Assembly: GCA_907165135.1 (NCBI GenBank)
Contig: OU015566.1
Location: forward strand, 4,898,001 to 4,962,000
Direction: 5' to 3'
DNA from: Oikopleura dioica
Taxonomy: Eukaryota; Animalia; Chordata
Length of the DNA stretch: 64,000 nt
This document shows positions 1-12,552 of the stretch, piece after piece. A program made the translations under genes and the position numbers. Each line of letters begins with the position of its first letter. Position 1 is the first letter of the stretch. The notes below the pieces were generated by a model. The model was given only the letters and a program-made list of their open reading frames with translations, was not told the DNA's origin and made no database searches.

Positions 1-777
1 AAGTAAAATCAGAGTCGTCATCGATGAGGATAATTTCTTCCACAAGACCGAAAGGAGCGGTGTGAAGGACTGAAAAGACGGAGCGGAGGAGAGTAGACCA
101 CGCTTCGTTGAAGAAATTGAAGATGATGGATGCTTTCTTAGGCGAGGATAAGAAGATGTTCTCATGACTCATTCAAGCTTCAAAATGGGATGGTGTCTGA
201 AACCGACAAAAAAATTTCGACAAAATTTGCGTGGGCGGCTACTCGGCTGCTGATTGGTCGGTTTGCCGAATCCAGGCTTTTGTTTGGTTAAAAATTTCCA
301 CGCAAAATTTGTCGGAATTTTTTGTCGGTTCCAGATGTCTACACTTCAAAAATTGGTTTTGGAGAAATTCAGCTGGACATGAAATGAAAAAGCTTTTCTT
401 TTGGCAATACAGTCAGGATGACGATGCTCCCCAACTTTTCGATGAAGACCGATTTTGTCGGAGAGTAAATGATCGATTGTGTATTTTTCTATTATCTCCT
501 AAAAATCTTCTTTTCGGTCTTTTTTTCCTTCCATTTTTCAAACCTGTTGTAAATTTTGAATATCCTTTTTAACCGGAACAAAATGAACCGCTTTCCCATT
601 TGCGCCGAGCCTTTCATTTCCAGTTTCCAATCTTTCCAAAATCACGTCAGTTTTCTTCTTTTCCTCTCTTTTAACTCTTTCTCTTTTTACTTTTTGAATG
701 TGAAAATGGGAAATAAAAACTACGATCAGGGCGATAAAAATGATCCAGAGTTTGTTTTTCATAAGAATTTTGATCAT
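1..777 (-). CDS. GALNT: Polypeptide N-acetylgalactosaminyltransferase (GT27), 5' part, multi-exon, runs off window start
   Basis: Type II TM N-terminus ([16 protein letters not shown]) and GANGKAV in ORF 538-876. Manual minus-strand translation gives [19 protein letters not shown] (~370-470) and [41 protein letters not shown] (1-165), the conserved GALNT motifs. Confidence 0.88.
196..335. mobile_element. Palindromic MITE family A (CCGACAAAAAATTTCGACAAA...TTTGTCGAAATTTTTGTCGG), intronic in GALNT
   Basis: Terminal inverted repeats; related copies at 2731-2867, ~18090-18213, ~23873-24022, 45215-45408. Confidence 0.75.
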
Positions 778-940
778 TTCGTCGCTGTTTACTTTTTTCC
801 GAAGCACCGGTTTTTCGAACAAATTGACCGGTAGAAACAATTTTGGACTCAGCGCCGACCAGGATGGAAATATCATCGCGGCGGCGGAGCGGTTTTTTGA
901 TCTCTTGAAAAAAAATATAATTTCAAAAACGATTTTTTTT

Positions 941-2240
941 TTATTTTTTCAGCGATTCGTAGAAAGCGATGGTTTCAGCAGAAAGCTCTTCCTTCCACCC
1001 CTTTGATTTTCCGGAGCGGAAGACAACGGCTTCTTCGAATTTGATTCCTAGCTTTTCGGCTTCTTTTTCTCGATGTTCTCGTGCTTTTTAATGTCGCTCT
1101 AGAAAAAATTGATGAGTCATCATACATGACTATTTCAAATAGTCTATTTGGGTCATAAGTTATGAGTCATAACTTATGAGTCATAAGACTTATGAGTCAT
1201 AAGACTTATGAGTCATAACTTATGAGTCATAAGTTATGACTCAGAACGCCTCTGAGCTTGGCTCGGTAATCTGTGTTGAAAACCTGAGTCAGGGTCCGAA
1301 ACTCATTTTAGCTCTTTTAGGCCCTGACTCAGGTTTTTCGCACAATTGCCGATCTCAGCCTCTGACTTAGGGTTCGAGAAAAACTCACCATTTCGACGAT
1401 TTTCGCCAAGTCGGCATTTTCGATTTCGAGAAATTTCAACAATCGGGAAATTTCTTTCGGTTTGTCAGCAACCACTTCTTTAAATTTGAAAACTAGAAAG
1501 AAATTTTCAACCTCATCCCTTTTTTTCGACTTACATTCAATTTTCAACTCAGGATGTTCTTTTGCGAATGCTTTCCATTGCTGATTGTATTCTTCTGGCG
1601 TTCCAAAGACTTGTTTTCCTTCGAACATGAATCTGGCAAACGTCTGGAGGTCGTCATAGATTCCGTGCTTTTTCATGTACGGTTCCATGAAGGGGAGTTT
1701 CTTGAAGAAATGAAAAGCAGAAACGACTACAGCGGGGGTGTCGCGCTCGATGAAGACGATTTTGCCCTTGTGGCCGAGCGGGAAGTTGCCAGGGTTGACA
1801 TGGCAGTGAGTCGTGTGGACCAGACCCTTGTGTTCGCGAATGGCGGCGAGTTGGTCGTCAAGAGCAGCGACGTTTGGGCGGAATTCCATCGGATGGAAGG
1901 TGTGCTAAATAGGTGGAATGAAAGAAAAATGATGAAGGAATACCTTGTCTTTTGCCACGAGCGTTTCCAATCGGGTGATTCCGATCGCGTCCAAAATCGA
2001 CATCATCAAATGACTACCAGACTTCGGAAAGCCTAAAAAACAGCATGAATAAGAGCAAAGGGCGTAATTCTTACCGAGGACGGTTACGGCATTTTCCGGA
2101 AAGTCCGCATTTCGCAATTTTTCCAAAGTTTCCGGACCAGCCATCGCGGAGGTATAAAACGCCCCATTGTGCTCGATTACTTCCCCTGTTTCCAGCTCCT
2201 TTTCGTAAAACTTTTTTCTCGCCTTGAAATCAAAACTCAT
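941..2240 (-). CDS. Cytosolic-type sulfotransferase (Sulfotransfer_1), copy 1, multi-exon
   Basis: 5'-PSB motif GFPKSGSH, 3'-PB-like IERDTPAVVVSAFHF, C-terminal VFRSGKSKGWKEEL; stop TAA at 941-943. Confidence 0.85.
1150..1245. repeat. Tandem/palindromic TATGAGTCATAA(G) array in the last SULT1 intron
   Basis: About 7 units, each containing TGAGTCA/TGACTCA. Confidence 0.85.
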
Positions 2241-2526
2241 TTTTTTCGTTATTGTTGAATTTGTCTGCCGAGAAATGGCTCAAGAAATACAGCGTTTTGT
2301 TTGTCTGTCAAATAGTTGGAGGAGGTGTGGCGATTTTTCTCGAAGAATGAGACTGTAGTTGATTTAGTAGCTTGAAATCAAACTTGAGTGCTGCTGATAA
2401 CAAAGATTCGCAAATTTGAAATATCCGCTTTAGATTTTTCTCGAATTTTTCTCAAAAAAGTGGTCAAAATTTGATGATGGTCATAAAAAATTTTGAAAAA
2501 GAAAATGTTTGTCATTGTCAGGAAAT

Positions 2527-4815
2527 TTATTTTTGCAAAGATTGATAAAAAGAAATTGTGTCTTCGGAAAGCTCTTTTCTCCAGCCATTCGATTTTCCTG
2601 AGCGGAAAATGACGTCTTCTTCGAATTTGATTCCTTGCTCCTTGCTGATGCTTTTTCGGTGTTCTCGAGCTTTTTTGATATCGCTCTTGAAAAAGAATGA
2701 TTGAAATCAACGAGGAAAATAGGCGATTTGTCTGGAACGAACAAAAATTTCGACGAATTTCGCACAGAAGTTTTCAACCAATAAGAAGCCTGGATTTGGT
2801 TTATCGGCCAATCAGGAGCCGAAAAGCCGCCCACGCGAAATTTGTCGAAATTTTTGTCGGTTCCAGATTTCGGCCCGAAAAATATACCTACATTTGCAAC
2901 AATTTCTGCAAGATCGGCGTTTTCAATTTCGAGAAATTTCAACAATCTCGAGATTTCTTTCGGTTTATCTGCCATTACTTCGCCAAATTTGAAAACTAAA
3001 ATCTCATTAATTTTCACCAACACTTTTCATTTTACATTCAATCTGAAGCTCCGGATGATCTTCAGCAAACTCCCTCCACTGTTTGTTGTATTCTTCTGAC
3101 GATCCCCAGTAATGTTTTCCCTCGAACATGAATCTGGCGAATTTCTGTAGGTCCTCGTTGATTCCGTACTTTTTGAGGTACGGGCGCATCGATGGAAGTT
3201 TCTTCAGATAATGGTATGCTGAGACGACAACAGCGGGAGTTGCGCGCTCGACGAAGACGATTTTGCCTTTGTGGCCGAGCGGAAAGTTGCTTGGGTAGAG
3301 GTGGCAATGATTTGTGTGGACAAGGCCTTCGTATTGACGAATCGCGGCGAGTTGCTGGTCCAAGGAGTTGACGACCTAGTTTAATTGTTGATCACGGTCA
3401 GATAAAAAAATTTGTCCGAAAGCGCCCTAATTACGATGTCCTAGGGTGAGGTTCAGGAGGTGTGACCGAATTGGAAAGTTTTTTTGAATAAATGAATGTT
3501 GGAATCTTACTGTATCTTTCAGTCCCAGCGTTTCCAGTCGTCTGATCCCAATTGCATCCAAAATCGACATCATCAAGTGACTTCCTGACTTTGGATAGCC
3601 TTAAAAATATCTATCAACCATTTCCGCCATCAACTCTTACCAACTACAGTAACGGCGTTTTCAGGAAAAACTATCTTCCTGATCTTTTCCAAGGCCTCCT
3701 TGGAAGCGACCAGGGCTCTAAATGGATTAGTCCGGGCTCGGACTTAGTCCGAAGTCCGTCCGGTCTAGTCCGGCCGGACGGACCAGACTTCTGATTTTTG
3801 GCTGAGAAAATTTTCGGACTAGACCAGACCAGACTTGGCTTTGTCCCCGGACTTAGTCCGAAAAGTCCGAAAAAGCTGGACCACTTTCAGACTTATGTTT
3901 TAGTCCGAAAAGTCCGAGAAGTCCGAGAAAGTCCGAGAAGACTTGACCACTTCCGGACTACTTAGAGACTTATTTTCAGACCAATTAAGTCCGAAAAAGT
4001 CCGAAAAGTCTTCATTTTTCTAAGAAAAACTCATTTCTCTCTAGAACCCCCTTATTCTTATGATTTTTTTCTTCAACAATGCATCGTTGGGGGCCCGGAC
4101 TATGTCGTCGAATGTCGTCGAATGTCGTCAATGTCGTCGAATGTCGTCAATGTCGTCGAATGTCGTCAGATTTTTTTCAAAAACGGAAAAAAAACCAAAT
4201 ACGAAAATTTTACATGATTTTGCTCAATAAATTTTCGAAAAAAGTTCGAATCTTCGTTGTTAAATGACTGATGAGTAAGTTACGATTTTTCTAATTCGAA
4301 TTTATTTCGAAAATAATACCAAAGTTTTTCTTAATTAAGGACCCCCCCCGTCAGCTTTTTCCTTCGAAATATTGAAATTTTTAAAAACGAGTTTCTGTTG
4401 TATTTTATTCAAAAAATTTTCGGACTTTTCCGGACTAGACCAGACCAGACCGGATTTTTCGGCTTTTTTCTCGGACCAGACTTTTTCGGACTTTTTCGGA
4501 CTTTTCCCGGACTAGACCAGACTTAAAGTCCGGGTTTTCCAATCCGGACCTGGACAGACCAGACTTGTAAATTTCGGCCAAGTGCCCGGACCTGGACAGA
4601 CCGGACTTTTGATTTTTGCCTCAGATTTAGAGCCCTGGAAGCGACTTGAGAGTTGAGCGGCAAGCAGACTTCAAGAGAATTTTCTAATGACCCCTTTTTG
4701 TAAAAAGCGCCATTGTATTCGATGATGTCGCCAGTTTCAAGTTCTTTTTCGTAGAATTTTTTCGTGCGTCGAAATCAAGAGTCGTTGGCTCGTTGTTGTT
4801 ATCTTTGATTATCAT
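2527..4815 (-). CDS. Sulfotransferase copy 2 (tandem paralog), interrupted by a hAT MITE, with a -1 frameshift in an A6 run (~4757-4762)
   Basis: MIIKDNNNEPTTLDFDARK / FYEKELETGDIIEYNGAFY (4815-4700) aligns with copy 1. ORFs 3007-3363 and 2481-3023 match copy 1. C-terminus IFRSGKSNGWRKELSEDTISFYQSLQK*. Confidence 0.78.
2731..2867. mobile_element. MITE family A copy in last SULT2 intron
   Basis: TCTGGAAC...GTTCCAGA ends, same internal sequence as 196-335. Confidence 0.75.
3711..4637. mobile_element. Non-autonomous hAT-type element, 927 bp
   Basis: TIR CAGGGCTCTAAAT / ATTTAGAGCCCTG; perfect 8-bp TSD GAAGCGAC (3703-3710, 4638-4645); dense subterminal AGTCCG/CGGACT repeats; no transposase ORF. 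Confidence 0.92.
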
Positions 4816-5302
4816 GCTTTTTTCTATCTATTTTTGGTGGTGTCTATCTTTGGGGCTTTCCTTTTGGGGCAAAACAGAAAGCCTGACACTTTTTGAAAGG
4901 AAATGACTTATAAAGGACTCTCCACCCACTGCAGCGCCCCTAACATCTGCAATGTGACCTTGGGGAGTGACCTCGAATGAATCCGACGCGTGAGAATCAC
5001 GCCACTTCGCTGACGATTGAAAAGGTTTTTCCCGGCCACAAAGAATAAACTACGATTTTAATGATTCAAGCATCTGTGCTTTTTGTAATTACGTATTTAT
5101 GCTCCTGTCTATTTTTCAGCAATATGGAAAATTTCAAAAAAAGCCAAAATTGAGTGTTTCCGAGCTTCATATTGACGTCAAATGATGCGACTATCACGCA
5201 TTATCCTAGGACCATAGGAATGTTTACAAAACAGGTCTAAATATGCAATCTTTGTGCAGTTCTCAACATTCTTTCCTGCTGACGCAACAGTTTTTTCTTT
5301 TT

Positions 5303-6022
5303 TCACAAACAAAGTTCATTTTTTATTATATCATGTTTATTCATCCGAAGGCAGTTTATTTTTGGTTCCATGGCGGACTGAATTCTTTCTTCAGCGGTTT
5401 CTTGTTCAGGCAGAATTCGCTCTTCGTAAAACTTGAAAACCAAATAGGGGCACTTCTGCTTCGCTTCTTCGGCTGTTACGATATCTGCTTGCTCACTGTT
5501 GATCCTAAATTCTTACTGAAATGCTAGAGCGAAAAGAATAGCTAACCATTTGATGATGTAATAGAGCTTCTCCTCCCCGGTTCGCTTGCCATTTTCATCA
5601 ACGATTCTTGACGCGCCAAGAATTCTTTCTGGAACCAATCCTCTTGCGAAGCCCTTTTTCGTTGCTGCTGCGAAAGAAGACGATGCTTTTCCCCTCTTGC
5701 CTCTGCCGGTCGATTTGGTGGCTTCATCCGCGGAGTTCTTTTCTAGAAAAAAATTACATCTTGAGCAAAATCAAAATCCGAAAATTACTTTCCCAATCGT
5801 CGATGATTCGTCTATCTCGAATGTTTTCTTCTGGTTCCCAAGTATCATCTTCCCTAAAAACGACTTTGTGTGAACGCTAAAACTTAGTACTTACGGCTTG
5901 TACCCCTGCCACCGAATGAGGTATTGCATCCTTCCTTCATAAAATCTCTGGCTCAGAATTTTCTCAACAACAAATTCGTCCGAAAGCATCGACTCTTGGG
6001 ATTCAGTTCCAGACTGAGACAT
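5303..6022 (-). CDS. CBX: Heterochromatin protein 1 family (chromodomain + chromoshadow), 4 exons (6022-5895, 5853-5789, 5742-5547, 5504-5303)
   Basis: Manual splicing through GT-AG introns gives EFVVEKILSQRFYEGRMQYLIRWQGYKP|EDDTWEPEENI (chromodomain) and KGFARGLVPERILGAS...YYIIKW|INSEQADIVTAEEAKQKCPYLVFKFYEERI (chromoshadow). Not visible as one ORF in the track. Confidence 0.9.
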
Positions 6023-6199
6023 TTTCTCCTTTTCTCACGGATAAGCCGGATCGCTTTGAACGCTTTTCTCTGATACTTCCCATCTAGAGAAAAAATGAGT
6101 TCGATTCTTGTCTCGTAGACAGACTCAAAATTCAACAAATAAAAAAATTTATTGATTATTTATTTTAATAAGCGTTTTTAGTAGAAAGATGCAAGTTTG

Positions 6200-6430
6200 A
6201 ACTATCAAATAAACTTTGATTCGTGATGTAAGATGCTTTTTCACACGTAAACTCTATTATGTGGCACAGACAAACTTCAAATTATTACAGAAAGAATCAA
6301 AGAAAATAAACTTTAAAAAGAGAAGAAAATGGGCACAATGTTTGAGCTGCCATTTTGGAAGCTTCAGCGTTACAGGTTACAAATTTCGGTCAATTTTCTT
6401 TCGTGAGAGTTTTTCTCTAGAATCATGATT
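6200..6430 (+). pseudogene. Truncated duplicate of the SLC17 gene 5' end (upstream region, exon 1, intron 1)
   Basis: Near copy of 12420-12655 (MGTMFELPFWKLQRYR); similarity stops just after ATCATGATT. Confidence 0.8.
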
Positions 6431-6499
6431 GGGTTGTTGCCCTTGTTGCCATTTTCAGGTTTTGAGGACTTGGGCCGATTTTGAATTGTCTGTTAGTTC

Positions 6500-6870
6500 A
6501 CCTTTGCTGCCTTCTTCAATCGAAAGAGCAGAGTGACCAAACCTGAAATCGTGGTCAAGTCGAAAAGACAACTCGATGAATCGGCAGCCATCCAATCGGG
6601 CGATCTATAAAAATATGAAATTATTTTCTTCATTTTATTACCTTGTTGTAACCAGAAACTCCACCAAAAATATGCAGACGACCTTTGATCAGTGCGTGTC
6701 TCGAAAAGAGAACGTATTGAGAAACGCTACCGCTGTAATCGAATGGACTGTTGACGAATATTCCTTCGTTTTTCGAACCATCAGGCTTGAATGCGTAGGG
6801 TTTGTAATTGCCATCATAATCATGTATAGGGTTTTTCACGGAAAGGCGCGGCGCGGCGGCCATCCACAAA
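6500..6870 (-). CDS. Fragment of a kelch-like/beta-propeller family protein
   Basis: RHALIKGRLHIFGGVSGYNK, intron, then IARLDGCRFIELSFRLDHDFRFGHSALSIEEGSK; the GG dipeptide spacing is kelch-like. Confidence 0.5.
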
Positions 6871-7201
6871 ATTTAAAAGTCTTATATTGACGCGAAATTG
6901 ATAATTCAAATAATGACACCTACTGATTCAAGGTTATTGATTCATAATATGGTATTGAATTTCGTTAAGAATGCAATAATTCGCCGTAAGACATATTTTC
7001 TTACTAAAATTTGAGTTTTCTTGCTGAGTACATCAAAATACACTTTCAATTTTCAAATATGTAATATTAATAATAAACGATAATACATTTATCGTTCAGC
7101 TCTCAAATTTTGGGAGAGAGGAAACATTCGGAAGGTGTTCAAATCATCATATAAGTGAGTGGAAGTGACGGCGCGCTAGTGCTTTACGCTGCTGCGCGGG
7201 A

Positions 7202-7683
7202 TTAAGGGTAGAGTAGGATCCTTGCGCGCGCCCTTTGACGCAATTTCTCATCCTCAGAGAATCTGATGGGATGATTATGCACCAAAATTTCTTTTTGAAA
7301 GTTATACTCAAATTTTACAGGCTTTCTTCTCGTATAATTTATTTTAATTAAATTTAAAATCGATCATGATTCGCGAGCGAGGCGGAAATTTGAAAATCTT
7401 TTGGCCATTTATTAAAGCCATATGAAAATCCTTTCCAACAGTACCAGTCACAATGACCTGCTTATCATAATCTAGGAGGAGATAGAAAAATAAAGAAAAA
7501 TATTGAGAGTAAATTGCAGCTCAACAAGATAAGAGAGAAAAAATAAATTATACGAGAAGAAAGCCTGTAAAATTTGAGTATAACTTTCAAAAGAAATTTT
7601 GGTGTATAATCATCCCATCAGATTCTCTGAGGATGAGAAATTGCGTTAAAGGGGCGCGCGCAAGGATCCTACTCTACCCTTAA
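7202..7683. mobile_element. TTAA-flanked MITE with ~140-bp TIRs (Kolobok-like GG...CC ends)
   Basis: TTAA|GGGTAGAGTAGGATCC...GGATCCTACTCTACCC|TTAA. Confidence 0.85.
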
Positions 7684-8620
7684 GAACAACCAAATGTACT
7701 CATTTTTGGCGTTTTTTGTGATTTTTGCTCTCTAGCGCCAACATAAGGCCGATATTTCTAATGCGGTTATTTTATTCTAATTCAGTGCGTTCTGAGCTTT
7801 CGATAGACCCTTTACAGTCAAAACGTCGAAAACTCGGTTCAGAATAACAAAAGTGTCAAAGAGGTCAGTGCTGTCCATCAAAAAGGCCATTTTGAGCTTT
7901 GCCCCTTAAAAACAGATTTTTGAGAGGAAAAATTTTTTATCGAAAATCCGCACAATTCCGGAGATTTTGCCATTTTCGCCGAAAAAAGTTCCGGAATTGT
8001 GCGTTTTGACTGTATATGTCTTCTTTCGATGACATTGAAAAACCGAAAAAATCCGATTTTCCCGTACAATAAACATGCACTTTGGAAATTTTTGATAGCT
8101 AAAATTTCGAGGAAAGATGTTCGTAAAGGGGTCATATAACACATCAAAATGATCCTCAGAACACGAGGAATCTGAAAATATCAAATATAGACCCTTATCG
8201 AGTAGTTGAAAAAACAGGGGGATCCCTTAAGGCCCCTTTTAAAATTTCTTATCATCCAAAAAGGGTTTCACTGTATATAACGCTTTCGGTGAAAAACCCT
8301 AATCATGTAAAATATTATTTATCTGAGAATCAACTCGAGATTTCAAAATCAAATTTTTGATTTTCGTTTCTTGGTCGAACTTGAAAATTCGCAGTTTTTG
8401 CTTTCGGCATTTTCCAGTCCAGTTATTTTTACTTTTGAATTAGCTTCTTTTTCATTGCCCTTTTCATTCAGTTTGATATTTTATTACTTAAAAATTGAGT
8501 CAAACAAAATCAATCTTTTCCTGAAATACTTCAAGAAAAGAGCCGTTTGAATTAAAACAAAACACAAAATCTAGTTGCTTCTTTGATTGTTGAATAAAAA
8601 ACTTGTCAAAAAATCGGATT

Positions 8621-11099
8621 CTATCCAAAACGAGTCATTTTTGAAAGTCGAAGGCGCAAAAGAGTCATTTCGTCAAAAAATTTGAATTGAAGAATTTTCG
8701 TTTCTTTCAAAAAGCCAGTTCCAACATCGATTTCGAGTTGAAATTTCTTTGTTCCATTGAGTTCCAGTTCAACAGTTGAAATATGCGTCAGTTCTTTGAG
8801 CGAAGTAAAGAATTCATCCGGAACTATTGTTTTGTGGTACAAGCTTGGCTGAGGAAATCGTGGCTGGGAAACGGCATTTTTTGAAAAAGCAGGAAAACCG
8901 TCGTCGTGGAAGGCGAAAAAGGGATTGCTTGTCACGTGAATTTTCTGCTGAGCTTTCTGTTGCACGAACTCGATCTCGATTTTTTCTTAGTAGATAAGCA
9001 AAACTGCTTTACGTAAGAAACAACGCGTATAAACGCATTTATAGTTTTGTTTATCCTTTCCGAAGTCAAATTCGATCTCAAATAAAGTGTCAAACACATA
9101 ACTTTGGAGAAAAATTCTCTCGTCATTTATTATTCCATTTACAAAGTACTCGCATTCATCATTAATCACCTCGCCTTGATCAGTGTAAGACGGATCATTC
9201 GGAGCAAATAATTTCGAAAAACAAATTGATTTTTCTTCATATTTGACCAGAGAGCCGATCCATTCGCTCCCAAGAGTGATAAACTTCCCCTCCGCCTCCA
9301 ACAACAACGAGTACAATGTGTTTGAAAGAACAACACTCCTCGTCACCAAAATAAGGAGCAGTCTTCCCAGATCCATCTTTATTAAGTTGTAAAAAGTAAA
9401 AATTATCTTACTAAAAATATTTTCAACTTCTGTCAAAGGGACGACGTGAACAGGATCAAGGTCTCTCAAAACAGCCGGAAGCTGAATTTCATTTTTTCTC
9501 CAGCCCTTTTCAAGTTCTTCGTTTATTTGGATTCTGTTCAAAGCCAAAGTTGTTGAGAGTTTGATGTTATAATCTCCCATTTTCACGCTCATCAGATAAA
9601 ATACTCCCTTGAAGCTGGTTGAAGAGACTTTCGCATTGAAATGGTTACTAGCAATGTACCCTTGTGCCTCTTCAAAACGGTTCAAATTGTAATCGGGGGC
9701 ATAGTAGTAGCATTTGTCGGATTTGCTAGTTGGAGAACTTTTAAGGGTCAGAAAGGTTTAGTTTAATTTCATTTCATTCTTTTTGACCATTTGCAGACGA
9801 CAACAACTGGAAAAACCTTCGTTCCCTTCTCTTCAAAACGAATCTCGATATGATGAGTTCCAATAGAGGAGCCAAAGTGAAACACGAAAAATCCTCTAAA
9901 AATGCAAGATAAATGCAACAAAAAAAAACACCCTTACATTTGACTATGTCCATTCTTAACTAAAATAGGATGATCACCATCACTCTCCTTCACTCTCATA
10001 AGATTTCCAATTGCATCGACCAAGTAATGCTCGCCATTGAGAAAAGTCGCACCAATTGACTAACGCGTTTTTTTATTTACTTGAGGGTCAAGCACTGCTA
10101 ATTTAAATTATTTAAAAAACGTTCATAAGTTAAAAACTTAGATGAACCATCAGATACTGAAGAAGCCGAACTATATATTTGTCTATCAGTTCCACTGTAA
10201 TCGGAAAAAATGAATTTTCGAAATTTGCGTTTTTCAAGTTTTCGCTCATCCCAACGGGCAATTATGGTGTTGTTGTTAGGAATTGATTCGCCCATTGATT
10301 CCGTTGAGTTTGATTTTAAATCAAAAACCGGAATCATTTTCTGTCTTGAATCGACTTTCTCACACTCGTAAAACGGACATGGGCATCCACTTCTGCAATA
10401 TTTCTGAGAAGGACAAATCTCTCCAGCTGCGTCCGAAGATTGAGTCAGTTCGAAGCAAATTGATTCACAGGGCGAGATTGACTTAGTCCTCATTGATTCC
10501 AATACAAGCGTATTCGAGCAGAGATGGCGGCAGATATTCTGGTCGTAAAACTGTTTCTTTTGACAGCGGCGCAGATTCACTTCGTTTTCTTCTTCCGAGA
10601 AAACAAGAGGTTCAGATTTTGGCTTTTCGATTTTAGAAACAGGTTCAGGAAGAATGAACTCCTTGGTCTCGAAGCATTGCTTCATCAAATGGCCGCAGAT
10701 ATCCATTTCAGCAATTTTGACGCATTCTCTGTAGTTTCGATTACAGCTTGAAGTCAGAAAAGTTGTTACGCCCCGGGATTTTTCCAAGGAGGCGACATTC
10801 GCTAATTTCAGAGAAATTTCATTTTGAAAATCATTTAAAAAGTACCTAAGAGGATAATTGTTCCCCAAAAGAGAGTGCCAAGAGAAAGATAGCTGTATTG
10901 CTGCGGATCTGTGGCATTTCCGTGTTTTGCCAGGCTCATTTTCGCGGTGACCTTTTTCTTCCATGTTTTCTTCTTTTTCAATTTTCTGATGTCGTATTCT
11001 TGAGTGCGAATGCTTCGAGTGGTCAACACTTCTTCGGGCAGCAGATACACTTTCTTGCCTTTCAGTCTCAGAACGCCTATGCAGTCGCAATCCAGACAC
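8621..11099 (-). CDS. Uncharacterised multi-exon protein with Cys-rich region (CPSQKYCRSGCPCPFYEC) followed by degenerate propeller-like sequence
   Basis: Long co-oriented ORFs 10098-11099, 8987-9685 and 8621-8965, linked by small exons (~10063-9940, ~9896-9790) with plausible GT-AG introns. Start not resolved. Confidence 0.45.
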
Positions 11100-11539
11100 T
11101 TTTTATAAAGAGAACTTTATTATCTGATTCATCGTTTTTGAAATTACCCGGACTTTTGTTTGAAAAAGTGCAGTTCTTATCTTTTCGTTTTCTTCTTCGA
11201 TCGCCATGGCGAGTGCTCTCTGGAAAAAAAACAACGATTCTGAAGATAGAAAAGGTGAAAAGCCGGTTTGTGGGACTCCTCGGCACGACTTCCTCGACAG
11301 CGCAGTCTCCGATCTTCCTCTTTTTGAGTGTCGCTTCCTCTGCTTCACCTTTACCAGCGCTGACAACAAAGCTAGTGGGACTACGAGTGTCTGGAAGGGA
11401 TTTTTTGAACTTCATTCGAACAAAAAAAATAACCGGTAGACTACGTCTTTATAAATAATTAATAACAGGTTCCCAAAAATATGAAGAATGTCACATTCTG
11501 AATGTGGGTATCATTGAGGGATTTTTTAAGTAACATGTA

Positions 11540-11714
11540 CACTCGTGTGAGGAGTTTCCGCACCCCTAGACAGCGGGTAAAGGGCGCGGAAACGCAGCAC
11601 TCATTTTTGCCACTTCTAGAAGAAAACAATAGAAAAAGTGCGGGTCAGGGGTGCGGAAACGCAGCACTCACAAAGGGTGCGGAAACTCCTCACAGTGTGA
11701 GGCTCACACCACTG
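11540..11714. mobile_element. Tc1/mariner-type MITE, short form, TA TSD
   Basis: TA|CA(C/G)T(C/G)GTGTGAGGAGTTTCCGCACC...CTCACACCACTG|TA; same TIR as 30728-31444. Confidence 0.8.
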
Positions 11715-11974
11715 TAAGATGAATGAGATTATTTATCTCAGACAGAAGACTTGATCAAGTTAAAATTCCTTATCGCTAGTAGAAAGTCCAAGCATGAAAA
11801 ATGTAAAGCGGCAAAGCTTCTCAGAGGTAGAATCAAGCGTTTTCTGCTCGAGAGCGCTCCAGCTGGCCGCTTTGAGAAAAACTTGTTTTCAAGAATCGGC
11901 TTGTATGCCGACTGCTTGTCTGATACTTGGACACCTATAACTTATAACTTATAAGTTATAAGTTATAAGTTATA

Positions 11975-12300
11975 AGTGTCCATCCATTTTCCGTCAATTC
12001 CTCAACTGCTCCTCCTGCATACCATCCTCCGATTGCAATCAAGCGTCCATTGTACAAGGCCAATTCTCCATACTTGTGTTCAAAATTCATTTCTTCTTTA
12101 CTTTCTACTGTAAACTCATCAAATGACTGACATTTGTACCGATCCGATTCAGCAAAACAAATAATCACTGAAAATAATTTTTTAACATTTTTCTTTTCAA
12201 ATTTACTCGCAACTGAATTTTTGAAGTATTTTTTTAAGTTTTTTAATAAAAAAGTAAAATAAAATTCACCTTTGCTGTTTTTCGGTCTAACTTGAAAATT
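11975..12300 (-). pseudogene. Second kelch-like family fragment ending in a (TTATAAG)n palindromic microsatellite
   Basis: IICFAESDRYKCQSFD...YGELALYNGRLIAIGGWYAGGAVEELTENGWT; the frame runs into the TATAAC/GTTATA array at 11936-11980. Confidence 0.45.
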
Positions 12301-12552
12301 CGGACTTTTTTGCTTTCGACATTTTTCAGCCCGGTTAGCTTTTTAAAGAGCCTCTTTAAAAAGGTTTACCACACAGGTTGCCGAGCCCAGAATTTCATCC
12401 ACGTTTTAATTATCAAATAAACTAAGATCTGTTATGTAAGATGCCGTTTTCACACATAAACTCCATTATGTGGCACAGACAAACTTCAAGCAAAAATACA
12501 ATCAGAAGAAGAATAAAGAATCCAAAAGAATAAAAATCATAAAGAGAAGAAA

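Noticed and set aside
762-5303. Co-oriented HP1-SULT2-SULT1-GALNT as a trans-spliced operon
   Set aside because: Intergenic gaps of ~165-490 bp are longer than typical larvacean intercistronic spacing; no spliced-leader evidence is available from DNA.
9790-9896. FPVVVVCK resembling the DEG/ENaC FPAVTICN motif
   Set aside because: Flanking exons lack the TM1/TM2 and Cys-rich ENaC features; the exon fits within the 8.6-11.1 kb gene.
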